Positions 10,340-21,766 of a stretch of DNA of 64,000 nucleotides are shown piece after piece. Below the pieces are notes generated by a model that saw nothing but the letters and a program-made list of their open reading frames with translations, made no database searches and was not told the origin of the DNA. Every line of letters begins with the position of its first letter. The stretch's first letter is position 1. Both the position numbers and the translations under genes were made by a program. Location of the stretch: NCBI RefSeq assembly GCF_040938485.1, contig NW_027271500.1, positions 930,001 to 994,000 on the forward strand, read 5' to 3'. Source of the DNA: Diadema antillarum (taxonomy: Eukaryota).

Positions 10340-13300
10340 ATGCCGTCAGTAAAGCAGACAAACTACTTTGTATATCCGAATGTAATTGGTATGATTGCAG
10401 TTACATTAGGTCTCCTTCTAACTGCGGTAAGCTAAGCGACGGTTGGGCAGATATGTTTGTAAATTTTTTGTTGAATTAATTTAAACTTAATTCAGCTCAG
10501 ATCCTCAGATTACCATTCCCACCAGTTAGGGCCTAAATTTACTATTATAAGTTACTAGTCTAGACCCTTGCCTGAGTGTACTTATGTTGTATAATTTTGT
10601 AGTTGTACCTGTATGCACCTGTCTTGTCGAGCACCTAGACCATCGAACAAGCTAGGCATATTTATTGGTCTATCACCTGACCAGATGCCATTTTTTAAAA
10701 ATAACCAGCGATATCAGTCCGGGAAACCCGCTCATGAGGACCGCCCCCGCGTACGAGGATGGTCCCTCCTCATGAGGACCTCCCCCCTCCTCATGAGGCC
10801 CCCCGGGGAACGCCTCATGAGGCCCCCCCTTCACTTCTTATTCATCTCACATCTGACGTATAAATTGTCGCAACTTTGCACGGTGATTTTTTGTTACACA
10901 CACATGTCCACTATCCATGATGAAAAGAAGAAAAAATCCTGTCTGTTTTTTTTTTTTTAAATCGAGTTTTAATCACCCGATGCAGAGCGCCCATCAAAAC
11001 ACGGGCGCCAACGCGTTCGCACAATGCAAGACTGCCGCACCTAGCGGCCTGATCCGACTAAATATTTTCGATGCTTTTTTCTGCGGCTCTCACCTCTCCG
11101 CGCACGAATCAGCCTCGTGAAGCTGAAGTCTGACATCTTTTTACACAAATTCGTAACGAGAAAAATTAAATCAGTACTAACCTGATCTTGTCCATATATT
11201 CCAAATTACTATTCCACACTGATAGAGTAGGTGGGTAGATGACATACTCCAGTTTGTTAGCAAAATAATCACTTTGTAGGTATGACGAGTTCACTTTCTT
11301 CGTCAATTCCGCCCACGATTCCGCCGTTTGGGCGCTTTTTCTGGAATCATCCCGCGACGCGACGTACGTCGCATACATCACGCATCCAGCACATACTAAG
11401 TACCAGACTGGTATGTGCTGGATGCGTGATGTGATGCGACGTACGTCGCGTCGCGGGATGATTCCAGAGAAAGCGCCCAAACGGTAAGCGGGCGGCGGAA
11501 TCGTGGGCGGAATTGACGAAGAAAGTGAACTCGTCATACCTACAAAGTGATTATTTTGCTAACAAACTGGAGTATGTCATCTACCCACCTACTCTATCAG
11601 TGTGGAATAGTAATTTGGAATATATGGACAAGATCAGGTTAGTACTGATTTAATTTTTCTCGTTACGAATTTGTGTAAAAAGATGTCAGACTTCAGCTTC
11701 ACGAGGCTGATTCGTGCGCGGAGAGGTGAGAGCCGCAGAAAAAAGCATCGAAAATATTTAGTCGGATCAGGCCGCTAGGTGCGGCAGTCTTGCATTGTGC
11801 GAACGCGTTGGCGCCCGTGTTTTGATGGGCGCTCTGCATCGGGTGATTAAAACTCGATTAAAAAAAAAAAAAACAGACAGGATTTTTTCTTCTTTTCATC
11901 ATGGATAGTGGACATGTGTGTGTAACAAAAAATCACCGTGCAAAGTTGCGACAATTTATACGTCAGATGTGAGATGAATAAGAAGTGAAGGGGGGGCCTC
12001 ATGAGGCGTTCCCCGGGGGGCCTCATGAGGAGGGGGGAGGTCCTCATGAGGAGGGACCATCCTCGTACGCGGGGGCGGTCCTCATGAGCGGGTTTCCCGG
12101 ACTGATATAGAATAATCTGATCACAAATACTCATACTAATACTACTACTACTACTTCTACTACTACTAAGTACGAGTGTTTTTATGTCCATGTTTTCTTC
12201 TCTAGCCAGAAAATATGTTTTTGTCTTTGTATGAAAGTCATCTTGTGCTTAGATTTACAGCACTGTAGGAATTTTGAGTTGAACATTGAAGCATCCTTAC
12301 GACAAAAGAGTGAAGTGATGTAAATGATTCAAAGCAGGGTGCATGCGTACAGACAAGATCAGTGTAGAAACATGAAAAATGGCCATGTTGATCAGTTTCA
12401 CTTTTAAACCCCCTATATTATTTCTGCAGCTGTGTACCTTCAAACGAGATATTGTGCCATATGACTACCTGGGTCCTATCAGTGAGTTGGCGTACTTCCT
12501 AGCCTACAAGCAACCGGTTGTGATGCGAGCAATGTGAGCAAAATCTCTTCCTGTGCTGTGGACTTCATATTATTTTTACAGAGCCTCAAGGATGCCCAGT
12601 GCTTTTTTACATACATTTATGAATTGATCATACTGTGTACACAGTTTCAGAATCTATAGTGATTGGGGTGATGCATAAGACTGTTTTCAAAATTCATACA
12701 AAATCACAATGAACAAAAATGATGAATACAGCAGCTTCACATAAGAATGTATGATTTGGTGCTCAAAGGAAGCAGATCAGAAGAAGAAAGCAGTCAGATT
12801 GTATAGAGGTGAAGTTGTTGAGCAAGTGGTAGTGTAAGGGAATTACATTGCTGCATAATTGGGATATCTGAGCCTGCTATGTCCTCATCCTTGTTCAGTG
12901 TACATGTACAAGTGTATTATGTTTTGTGTTTTTCAGAGTATTGGTTTTTCTGGTCATGTCATCCTTATCTTAAAGTGAAAGCAGTATGTTTCCATAAGTG
13001 ACAAATTTTCAACAAGTATGATAATGAATTTTCTCTGAAGGCACAATGTAAGTGATAATTTATGAATATTCTTTGTTTTGTAATGCTCCTAAATACATAA
13101 AGGTATCATGTACAAATGTACTTTGATCATGTGGGACATGATTCAACTATCAACATTTCTTACAATTCAACCACTCATTTTGAATTTTGTGTGGTTTGTA
13201 TTTGATAGTTTTATGCTTTTTAGTGCTCAAATCATTCTTTCTCCTTTTCTCTATAGATGCTATACAGCAATATTTATGCATGTCCTGGAAGGTTGCTATG

Positions 13301-14484
13301 CCTACTACTTGGCAGGGTGAGAAGCAATGTAATTATGATTTTATTGTGATGTGTACAGTGTGTATGTTTATTCACATACTTCCAAAGGGTGTGTACAGTT
13401 CTGGTCGAGGTGAAGATTTAGCTTTTAATGTTTTGTGAGATATTCAGAAACCACTCCATGAGATGTCAAAGAGCATGCAGTTCTAAGGGGAATAAAACGT
13501 TTATTAGATGAAAATCGGTTTTGAAATGGCTGAGATATCCAAAAACAAGGTGAAACAAAGAGATACTAATAAAGTTGGGGCATGTCGCCTTTTATTATGA
13601 GCACTTTTTTGGATATCTCAGCCACTTGAAAACCAATTTTCATCAAATAAACGTTGAATCCTTTTTAGAATTACATGCTCTTCCATATTTCATAAGAGGC
13701 TTTTCGTTATCTCACTTAGGAATGTTCAAAACATGAATCCCTACCTCAACCAGTACTGTACAGTCCCTTTAAGATGGCCCAGAAGTATGACTGAACAAGG
13801 TTGTATTTAATGAAATACTGTATATGCCGTATATTCATGGAGACGAATCCCCACATGGAGAAGGATATCACGGCCAAATTATTACACATTATGTACAGTG
13901 TGTTTGCATTTCTGTTTGTGTGTGTGTGTGTGTGTGCATGAGTGAGCTTTATCTCCACATGTGACGTATTCATGTATTCTTGAGAATTACCAGTAATGTG
14001 TTGCATAAAAGAAATTACAAAGGTTTAATTCATTTTCTGATCCTTTCCCCAAACTTCATGCTCCTACTGCTGTAATGGAGGGATTCATAAGTAGGATGGT
14101 TACACTACTGGTATAAAAGTTCTCATATTACATTCAGCGCATTTTTTTTAGACACTTTCAGTATATGTGAAATATGAAAACTATCTTCACTTGTCATACA
14201 TCTGAAGTTTTGCCATCAGAATTGTTTCAAGTACTAGTAGTACATGTATCTCTATTTTATAGGTGACATAAAAACTTAACATCTTGTAGCCTCAGGGTTC
14301 TGCAGTCTATAGAATAACCTTATTCATGATGGCAGGTTATTTGTGTCGTTTTATTTTCCACAGGATGAAAGGAATCTCAGGATCAGCTCGGACTAAGTGG
14401 TTCATCTTCACTCTACTCTTCGGCATCGTGTCAATGTATCGCCTGTTGCAGTACAATCCCACCCGAGCTCAGAAGAGGGATTGA
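10340..14484 (+). CDS. TMEM254: Transmembrane protein 254 (123 aa)
   Basis: Exons 10340-10426, 12430-12533, 13257-13316 and 14364-14484 total 372 nt with GT-AG introns. Motifs PYDYLGPI, HVLEGCYA and KGISGSARTKWFIFTLLFGIVS match the family as recalled. AATAAA at 14843-14848. Confidence 0.9.
10715..12104. mobile_element. 1,390-bp foldback/palindromic DNA element with 4-bp TSD
   Basis: Arms 10715-11396 and 11411-12104 are reverse complements; 14-nt spacer; ATAT flanks both ends (10711-10714 and 12105-12108); termini CAGTCCGGGAAA; subterminal CCTCATGAGG repeats. Confidence 0.92.
13386..13768. mobile_element. Kolobok-like MITE, inverted relative to the 8551 and 24110 copies, in TMEM254 intron 3
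   Basis: Reverse complement of 24110-24492; ends CCCT|TTAA at 13765-13772. Confidence 0.75.
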
Positions 14485-15092
14485 CTCTCAGCCAGAGAAC
14501 CGGTGGTAGATCATCCCAACGGGAAGAAGGGGGTTGAAAGTTGCCACAAATTGAACAGATCATCAGAGCACAAAGTATTCCACCGAGTTGCCGTCTACAC
14601 AGAAAGAGAGTTTATCGTGATCATGTTTTAATTGAAGTGTGTTGAATATTCGTTTATCTGTATATTGTGCCTTTCCTTCTTTGATATTATATCTGAGTGT
14701 CTATTCGAGTTTGATTTGTTTTGCTCTGAAGCAGGATCTGGTCCCAAAGAGTGCAAGAGATGTGCAAAAGTTCTGTAATGTTCTTTCTGTACTGATGTTT
14801 GAGACATTGTGATAGTTTAGAGCTTCATTGTTCTAAAGGCTAAATAAAAGACTCTGAAATCAACCGTGAGACATAAGAGTACAAAATCAGGCCCAAGGCA
14901 AGGACATAAGGGGCCCCATAGTCAGTGGACTCTAGGAGATATCCCCCCCCCCCCCTCCCCCTTTGGGAATAGAAATTTTGCAAATTACTAACATAGGTGT
15001 GGTTTAGTGATAATACACAGAATTGACAAGAAAATCTGTTTCTTCAACCATACTGAATTTTACTTCCAAAGTATTAAACAGTGAGAGCAGAG

Positions 15093-16631
15093 ATGGCTAC
15101 CAGACGGATCACGTCAAGGTCTTATAAGGAGAAATATGACATCATAAAATTCATGGAGGCAAACCCCAATGCAAAGAGGAAGGATGTTGCAGCCAAATTT
15201 GATCTGAAACAAAGTTCCCTGGCAGATATTATCAAGAAGAGGGACAAAATAATCAAGACCTTTGAAAATACTGATGAGGCATGGAAAGGGACCCGAAAGA
15301 GGGTGAAAAGTGGGGTGTATGATGACGTGGCTGAAGTCCTCATAATGTGGGTCCGCCAGCAGGAGTTGTTCACAGGTGCGTCCCCACAAGGCGAAGCACT
15401 GCTGGCCCAGGCCAAGGTCTTCGCACAGGAGTTTGGACACAAGACTTGGCCTAGCCCTGCGTGGGTTAAACGCTTCATGAAAAGATATGATATCTCAACC
15501 CCAAGCAGTGCAAGCACAGAAGACGAAAACAAGGATGATGATGTAATTGCTTGGAATGAAGAAGTCCTCAAGGACTTATTCAAACGTTACAAACCACCTG
15601 ATATCTACTGTTGTGAGGAGACATGTCTCTATTGGAAACTGCTACCAGGGAAGTACTGTAATCGCAAGAGGAGTCCCGATGGAAACAGGAAAGCCAGAAA
15701 GCACATCACTATTCTGATGTGTGCAAACATGGCTGGCACTGACAAGGTGCCACTGTATGTCATCGGGCAGACGCTTAGCCCCTCTTCATTCAGGAATGTA
15801 CAATCTCTTCCCGTCGATTACAAGGCATACCAGAGAGGTGTCATGACTAAGACCTTCTTCCGAGAGTGGCTGTACAAAATAGACAGTGCTATGGGTATCC
15901 AGGACCGCAAAATTGCCATGGTGTTGGCCTCTTGTCCAGTGCATATGGAAGAAGAACTCCAGAACATTGAATTGGTCCTACTGCCAGACTGCCTGACGGC
16001 TGATTTTCTGCCAATGAACAAGGGAATAATTCACTTGCTGAAGCTGAATTACAGGCTCATTCTTTCTTCCAGACTCCTTGTGGCTGCAGAGAGCAAGACA
16101 CATTTCCATTGGGACCTCCTTGATGCAGTCCTTGCCCTTAGGTCTTCTTGGGCCAAAATCAGCACCCAGGCAATCATTGAGGCCTTCGGAAATGCCGGAT
16201 TTGCAGCCACAGCCCCTGCTGCACGAGATGCAGAAGCTCCCCCTGTGGACCCCAAATTTGATAAGAAGGAAGCACAGTTCAGGGACTTCAGAATTTTGTG
16301 GGACAAGTTGTCCAACTTGCATCCCTGTCTTCCACCCTTGGAGGAGTACGTCGTAGTGGACAATGATGGTGAGTGTCGCCAAAGGCAGAGCCACTGGAAC
16401 ACTCAGCCCTCTGTGAATGGAGATTCAGATGATGGCGAGCTTGAATGGAACACGACTCGGGATTCTCCAACCATTGAAGAAGCCTTCAAGGCGGTCAACG
16501 TCATTCGTCTCTTCAACGCTAAAACTCGCGGCCAGCCTCCAGACCTGCGCAAAGAGCTCGACAGCTACGAATCCTTTCTGGTGGGTGAGCTCGCAAAACG
16601 TTACCATCAACCGTTGCAAACAGACACCTGA
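15093..16631 (+). CDS. Tigger/pogo transposase-derived protein (TIGD/CENP-B-like), single exon, 512 aa, catalytically dead
   Basis: Intact ORF from a strong-context ATG (GAGATGG) at 15093. Psq-type HTH (SYKEKYDII...SSLADIIKKRDKI), CENP-B HTH (WVRQQ...LLAQAKVFA...WVKRFMKRY), DDE_1 fold with E/A/N at the three Asp positions, and a C-terminal SPTIEEAFKAVNVIRLF helix. No flanking TIRs seen. Confidence 0.88.
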   Translation: MATRRITSRSYKEKYDIIKFMEANPNAKRKDVAAKFDLKQSSLADIIKKRDKIIKTFENTDEAWKGTRKRVKSGVYDDVAEVLIMWVRQQELFTGASPQGEALLAQAKVFAQEFGHKTWPSPAWVKRFMKRYDISTPSSASTEDENKDDDVIAWNEEVLKDLFKRYKPPDIYCCEETCLYWKLLPGKYCNRKRSPDGNRKARKHITILMCANMAGTDKVPLYVIGQTLSPSSFRNVQSLPVDYKAYQRGVMTKTFFREWLYKIDSAMGIQDRKIAMVLASCPVHMEEELQNIELVLLPDCLTADFLPMNKGIIHLLKLNYRLILSSRLLVAAESKTHFHWDLLDAVLALRSSWAKISTQAIIEAFGNAGFAATAPAARDAEAPPVDPKFDKKEAQFRDFRILWDKLSNLHPCLPPLEEYVVVDNDGECRQRQSHWNTQPSVNGDSDDGELEWNTTRDSPTIEEAFKAVNVIRLFNAKTRGQPPDLRKELDSYESFLVGELAKRYHQPLQTDT

Positions 16632-18635
16632 GCAACCATACTTGTGAGAACAGTACCGTGTTTTCTGAGAGAAGATTTTAGGCTGTTGTGTGGCAATACT
16701 GTAGTCACTTGAAGAGAGATACATCAGGCTTCACAGTTGCTTTAGATTTTTTTCTCCGGTTATTTACGATTCAAGCCCAAGTGTTCTTCCAGCTAAGTAC
16801 AGTAAAACCGCAATTTTTTTTTTTTTTTTTAATGCATGAAAGTATTGCAAATTTTGCACGGAGCCCAGATTCGCAGAGGTTAAATGCACATAAAAGGATT
16901 TTTCTACACAATGCATTGAGTGCTATCAAGGAGGTTTTATACATGGAGTTCCAACTGGCTGTAATTATTCAAACAGTTGTCAAATTTCTATTGATGTACA
17001 AAAGAATTCCACAGGTGCACTTGTGCCTTTGATGATCGATGTTCCAAGCCGCCGTCTTGCTGAGCAATCTGAAGATTCATTTTGAACATTATCATAATGT
17101 TGGCCATATTTTGCTTATTCATTTATTAAATGAAATGAAATTTCACTCAATAATAAAGCATGTAAAACAAAAGTCAATTCCATTCAGAAATTTGCGTAAA
17201 AGTGTAAATCAGAGCTGTATTATGTGAAAATGTTTAAAACTGTACCATCCTGGAAAGCTGGTTTTATCACTTTTCGACTTAATTTCCCCAAATGAAACTA
17301 ACATGGAATAATCTTCAAGTATAATTCTTTATTGATAGATATATCAGATTAGTGCCCGCGTATGCCCAGTCGAGTAATTTTCATCTTCATTTCAGCATTT
17401 TTTCCTCAATTTCTGTTCGCGCATCCTCGTGTCTGTACCACCTAGCTTTCATAAGAAGGGATAGCGAAAAGTAATTACCATCACAAAGACATATCTTCCT
17501 TTGAAAGTGGCTGGTGATTATGCAATGAGACACGAGTCAATTGTCTTCGTATCGGCGCGGCAGATCCCATTTGGCACATGCTTCAAATATTTTTGAGCGG
17601 CGGCTTCGAACATAGATCAAAGGGAACAACTCTGTTGTTACTCCATCTCTTCAACCTCCTTGGTGCTATTGACAACTCATGAAAATTTTGTGCTGGGGAT
17701 GAGGCCATAAGCTGTGATTCATCTAAGTTTCATGTCACAAATGGTTCTGGTTTTACAGTAAGTTCGTACTGCTTCAAAAACAGGACTTGCTTGTGTTGAC
17801 ACAACAGAATTGCTATTGTTACAACACTGTAGTCAAGACCTTGTTTTCTTGTGGGGTTGAATTTGATATTTTTCCATGCCGCAGGGGGAAAGAACTGTAC
17901 ACCTACATGTAAATCAAGCATTACCTGTGATAAAAATGAGTTTGAAAGGAAAATCAAAATGCCTTTTTTTTTCATATTCATTATGGGGTATCATAGAATA
18001 TCATCTTGCAATGATCAGAATTTAGTCCCACCTATGCTGTTCTGTGAGTCCTTTCTCTATCTGCTTCAATCATAGTTGCAATGGAAATTGTGAACGTTAA
18101 TGAGGAAAAGATATAGATTCTTCACATTTTGAGAGGAAAAGATTATGTATGCCCTTCTGTAATGCTTACCAAGGGCACTCATTCATTCTCCCATGATAAA
18201 TCACTGGCACAAATTATACCAAAGTTTGGTAATTTTGTACATGTATTACAAATCTGAATTCCCAGTTGACTTGAAATTACCTCAGTGGTAAAGAGTCATA
18301 TCTCCTCTATCAAATGATGCCCTCTTTGATGGGGAAAAAAGACAGATTAATTGCAAATTAAAAAGCAATTAAAAAATTTGCAACTCATTTTTTATTTCCT
18401 GGGATTGATTTAGAATAAATGGCAACCTTCGACATATTTGCAATTATTTGAGTCCTAACACTCAATAATTATATCATTTGCAATTAATTTTTGCTTTAAA
18501 GTCGGGATTAAAACCAGTCGCAAAGTTGCAATTGATTCGGAGAGTTATGATTGATAACAATGCTTTGTAATACGTGGCCCGGAAAGTGGGTGTTTGGTGT
18601 CATTAAAAGGCTTGTGTAGTGACAGGTAACATGTA

Positions 18636-18845
18636 CTGTAAAAGTGGATATTTTCACGCAAGTAGTTTTTCGCACTCTGCCGAGTAAGATCTAATTTGCA
18701 TGTTTTTATTTCAGCAGAATCGAGACATTACATAGTGGCAAATACAACAAGCGAAAATATTGGCGTGCTTTTATTTTTGCGCTCGTTATCTGGTCATGCG
18801 AAATGCGCTCAAATTTCCACACCACAAAAATTTCCACTTATACAG
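18636..18845. mobile_element. Tc2-like MITE (TA|CTGTA...TACAG|TA), subfamily CTGTAAAAGTGGATATT
   Basis: TA TSD on both sides; related pieces near 378, 41647-41812, 45746-45925 and 56100-56320. Confidence 0.65.
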
Positions 18846-20250
18846 TAATATTCTGGCAGTTTCGTGTAGCCTGTGTGTTAAGTCCGTAATCCACTGCATG
18901 AAATTGATGCACTCATCTCTTGTGAATGTAAAGATGTGAACATCTCTGATTGTCAGCAATGTTATCTGAAAGCTATTTAAACATTCCAAAGTAAATATCA
19001 GCTTCTTGAAATGAAGAATTTGATTGCAAAATGGGTTATAACACCGTTTAAAAAATTTTAAAGTACATTGTAATTTCATCGTCAGATCAAGCAAAATAAA
19101 ACCTTGTTACGCAAACAAGGATCATTTTTGAAGGTATGATTAAGAATATCCGATACAATTTTTCTTTCTTTGTTTTTAGCAATTTTAATAGCAAATATCT
19201 CAAATTAACAAGAATGGAGTTATTTCATTTTTGCAGTCAAACTCTTCAAATTGCCAACTTTATATTTTTGGTTCACATCAGAGAGCCAGGTAACTTCATC
19301 ATTATTAATGAATATGTACATGGAAGAAGGCGCTTAAATATGACTTAAGTCAGTTTCGGACAGTAGGCATACTATTATCCTATGTGATCATACAATTTAC
19401 AATATACAATGTAATGCACAATAAATTGTCAGTTTTATGAACATTTTTTGTTTTGTTAAACCTACTTGGACACATGCTGTAAGATATCTTCTTATGGCTG
19501 TAAAGAAAAAAAAAGAGAAGTCGTGAAAAGAAACTTGAATTACGATCAGCCTTGCTTAAGTCGACCTCGCAAAAGTCGAATAATCGCTCAAGTCGAATGT
19601 CTTTTTAAGTCATCTATTTATATTCTGATTTTAATCCCTCATTTAAGTCGAATTTTCTCTAAGTCGAAGCTATTTCTTCAGTCCAAATAGATTAGCTCAG
19701 GCATGGAGGCAAGGTTGACTGAACAAAGTCATTATGGTTTTTACATATTGATTTTAACATTATTAAGTTGTTAAAGATGGATTGGACAATAGAGAATGAG
19801 GGAGAAGCAAGAAGGATGATCAATGTGTTTCTGTTTTTTGATTTGTATGTCTCTTTAATAGAATTTGCAATGTGCACATGTCTTTACATTGTGACTGCAC
19901 AGTGCCAAACAAATCAAGTGTTTTAGTTGAATACGTTGTTCATGTTTATGTGTTCACAGTAAGTGGGACTTCTATATTTTAAGATGCATCATGTAAGAGG
20001 GCGTTGAATCAATGATGGTATAATATATTTTTCTGTGTTGCTCGGAAATGAACAAGATGATTTCACAGAATTCAGAGAAAACAATATTCAAGACTTGCCT
20101 CAATGACATAACAATATTTTGATTGAAATATACAATGTATAAGATTTTAAAAAATCATTTAATGTGAATGAAATCAGACAAGTACTCAGTACATATCTAC
20201 CAAAGTTGTGAAAGACATAAGATGATACAGTGCACACCCATTACAGTATA

Positions 20251-20495
20251 CTGTATACGCCATATATTTCGCGAGTCTAAATTTTCGCGAATCGGGACTT
20301 CCCGACAATTTCGCGAGTGGTTAGATTCGCGATCATGGAGTTCTCTACTGAATGGAGAAATGTATACGCATGCCATACGTCACAGTCATGTCGGCATTAG
20401 AGTCAATATTTTCGTGTGTCTTTAATTTCGCGAATAGCAGCTGACTCGCGAGATTCGCGAAAATAAAAACCTCGTGAAATATTCAGCGTATACAG
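20251..20495. mobile_element. Tc2-like MITE (CTGTATACGCC TIR, TA TSD), TCGCGA-rich
   Basis: TA|CTGTATACGCC...GCGTATACAG|TA; homologous copies at 34576-34811, 44254-44470, 44871-45111 and 46350-46580. Confidence 0.8.
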
Positions 20496-20758
20496 TAACA
20501 ATATCCTCAGGGCTGGCAGTTTCCGTTATGCAGGTACACTATGCAGTATCAAAATTTCATTACAACCGAACAGTAAAGTACATGTACATCAAGATACACA
20601 TAATTATGATAGATGATAACTTTGAGACCTGAATTATTACTTCATTGTTATGAGTTTTGATTTTTGGTGTTTTGTTTTGTTTTTTTAACCATGTTTGTTA
20701 TAATGGAAGGTACATGTACACTGTAATACATTTGTATTTACAGTTTAAATGCCTTCAG

Positions 20759-21652
20759 AGGGGTCGTATAGATTTGGTTGAGACCCAACTTCAGGTTTCT
20801 AACATTTTTTTGGTGAGAATTCTGATTTACAAAAAACCTTCATGAAACATAAAAGAGCACGTACATTGTAATTCCAAGAGGGATTCAACATTTATGTGAT
20901 GAAAATTAGTTTTGAAATGGCTGAGATATCCAAAACAGAGCAATCCTTAATAGAAAGATGGGACCCACCTTTTATAAGGATCTCTTTGTTACCTCTGCCA
21001 AGGGAGGAGGTTATGTTTTCGTTACCGTTGGTTTGTATGTTCGTTTGTTCGTTCGTTCGTGTGTCTGTGCGCAAAATAACTCAAAAAGTATTGAATGGTT
21101 TGGGATGAAACTTGCAGGAAAGGTTGAGAATGACACAAGTACCAAACGATTAACTTTTGGTAATGATCCAAGAATTTTTAGGGAATTTATGAAGGATTTT
21201 TGATATTTTGGCAGGTAGAGTCAATAAACTTGGGAGTTCAGGCTGGGCGTATTTGAGGTTTGCATGCGCGTATTTGAGGTTTGCATGCGCGTAGCATACT
21301 AAAGTGCGTGCCCTAGTTTCTGCTAGGGTGAGGCACGCCGCGCATCTGAGGGTTTATGACGTAACAAAGGCTTCTATATTGGGGATCTCGGGCAATTTTT
21401 CAGTGGGTGGAAATCACTGATCTCCATATGGAAGAGCAAGATCATCGATGGAAAGTAACTGCTTGGCGGAGGTCTGCGCTCTCGGAGTGCTTTTCTAGTT
21501 TTACTTTGTTTTTGGATGTCTCAGCCATTCCAAAACCGATTTTCATCATATAAACTCGAATTCCTCTTAAAATGCTATGCTCTGTATTACTAAGTGGTTT
21601 CTTGATCATCTCACACAAAGTTAAAAACCAATACATGTACTATATCATCACT
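20759..21652. mobile_element. Kolobok-like MITE split by a Helentron-type insertion
   Basis: The two halves match the contiguous copy at 23075-23456; ends CACT|TTAA. Confidence 0.65.
20989..21499 (+). mobile_element. Helentron-associated non-autonomous element (HINE-like)
   Basis: Subterminal IR acctctgccaag (20991-21002) / cttggcggaggt (21462-21473), (GTTC)n microsatellite near the 5' end, 3' stem-loop gcgctc-tcg-gagtgc, ends ...CTAGT, inserted in a T-run with no TSD. Confidence 0.7.
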
Positions 21653-21766
21653 TTAACAGTACAATACAGTAGTGTGATGAGAGAAAGTTTACTTAATTGA
21701 ATCGATGTGTGTGTGTGTGTGTGTGTGTAATAAATTGATTCAGATGTTTGAACGTAAAACTACATA

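Noticed and set aside
6561-12104. CCTCATGAGG repeats with variable spacers as a CRISPR-like array
   Set aside because: Repeats are only 10 bp, spacers are short low-complexity G/C tracts, there are no cas genes, and the units sit at transposon-like termini in eukaryotic DNA.
10715-12104. The palindrome as a pure sequencing or assembly fold-back artefact
   Set aside because: The arms differ at four sites, a TSD flanks the unit, unique TMEM254 sequence continues on both sides, and the terminus recurs at 6691. Read-level confirmation is still needed.
10613-12191. ORFs 10613-10960, 11166-11537 and 11847-12191
   Set aside because: No recognisable domains; two are mirror translations of the palindrome arms.
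10340-16631. In-frame TMEM254-TIGD fusion protein
   Set aside because: TMEM254 donors are phases 0, 2 and 2, whereas both AGs before the TIGD ORF need phase 1. Joins give an immediate stop or a short out-of-frame peptide.
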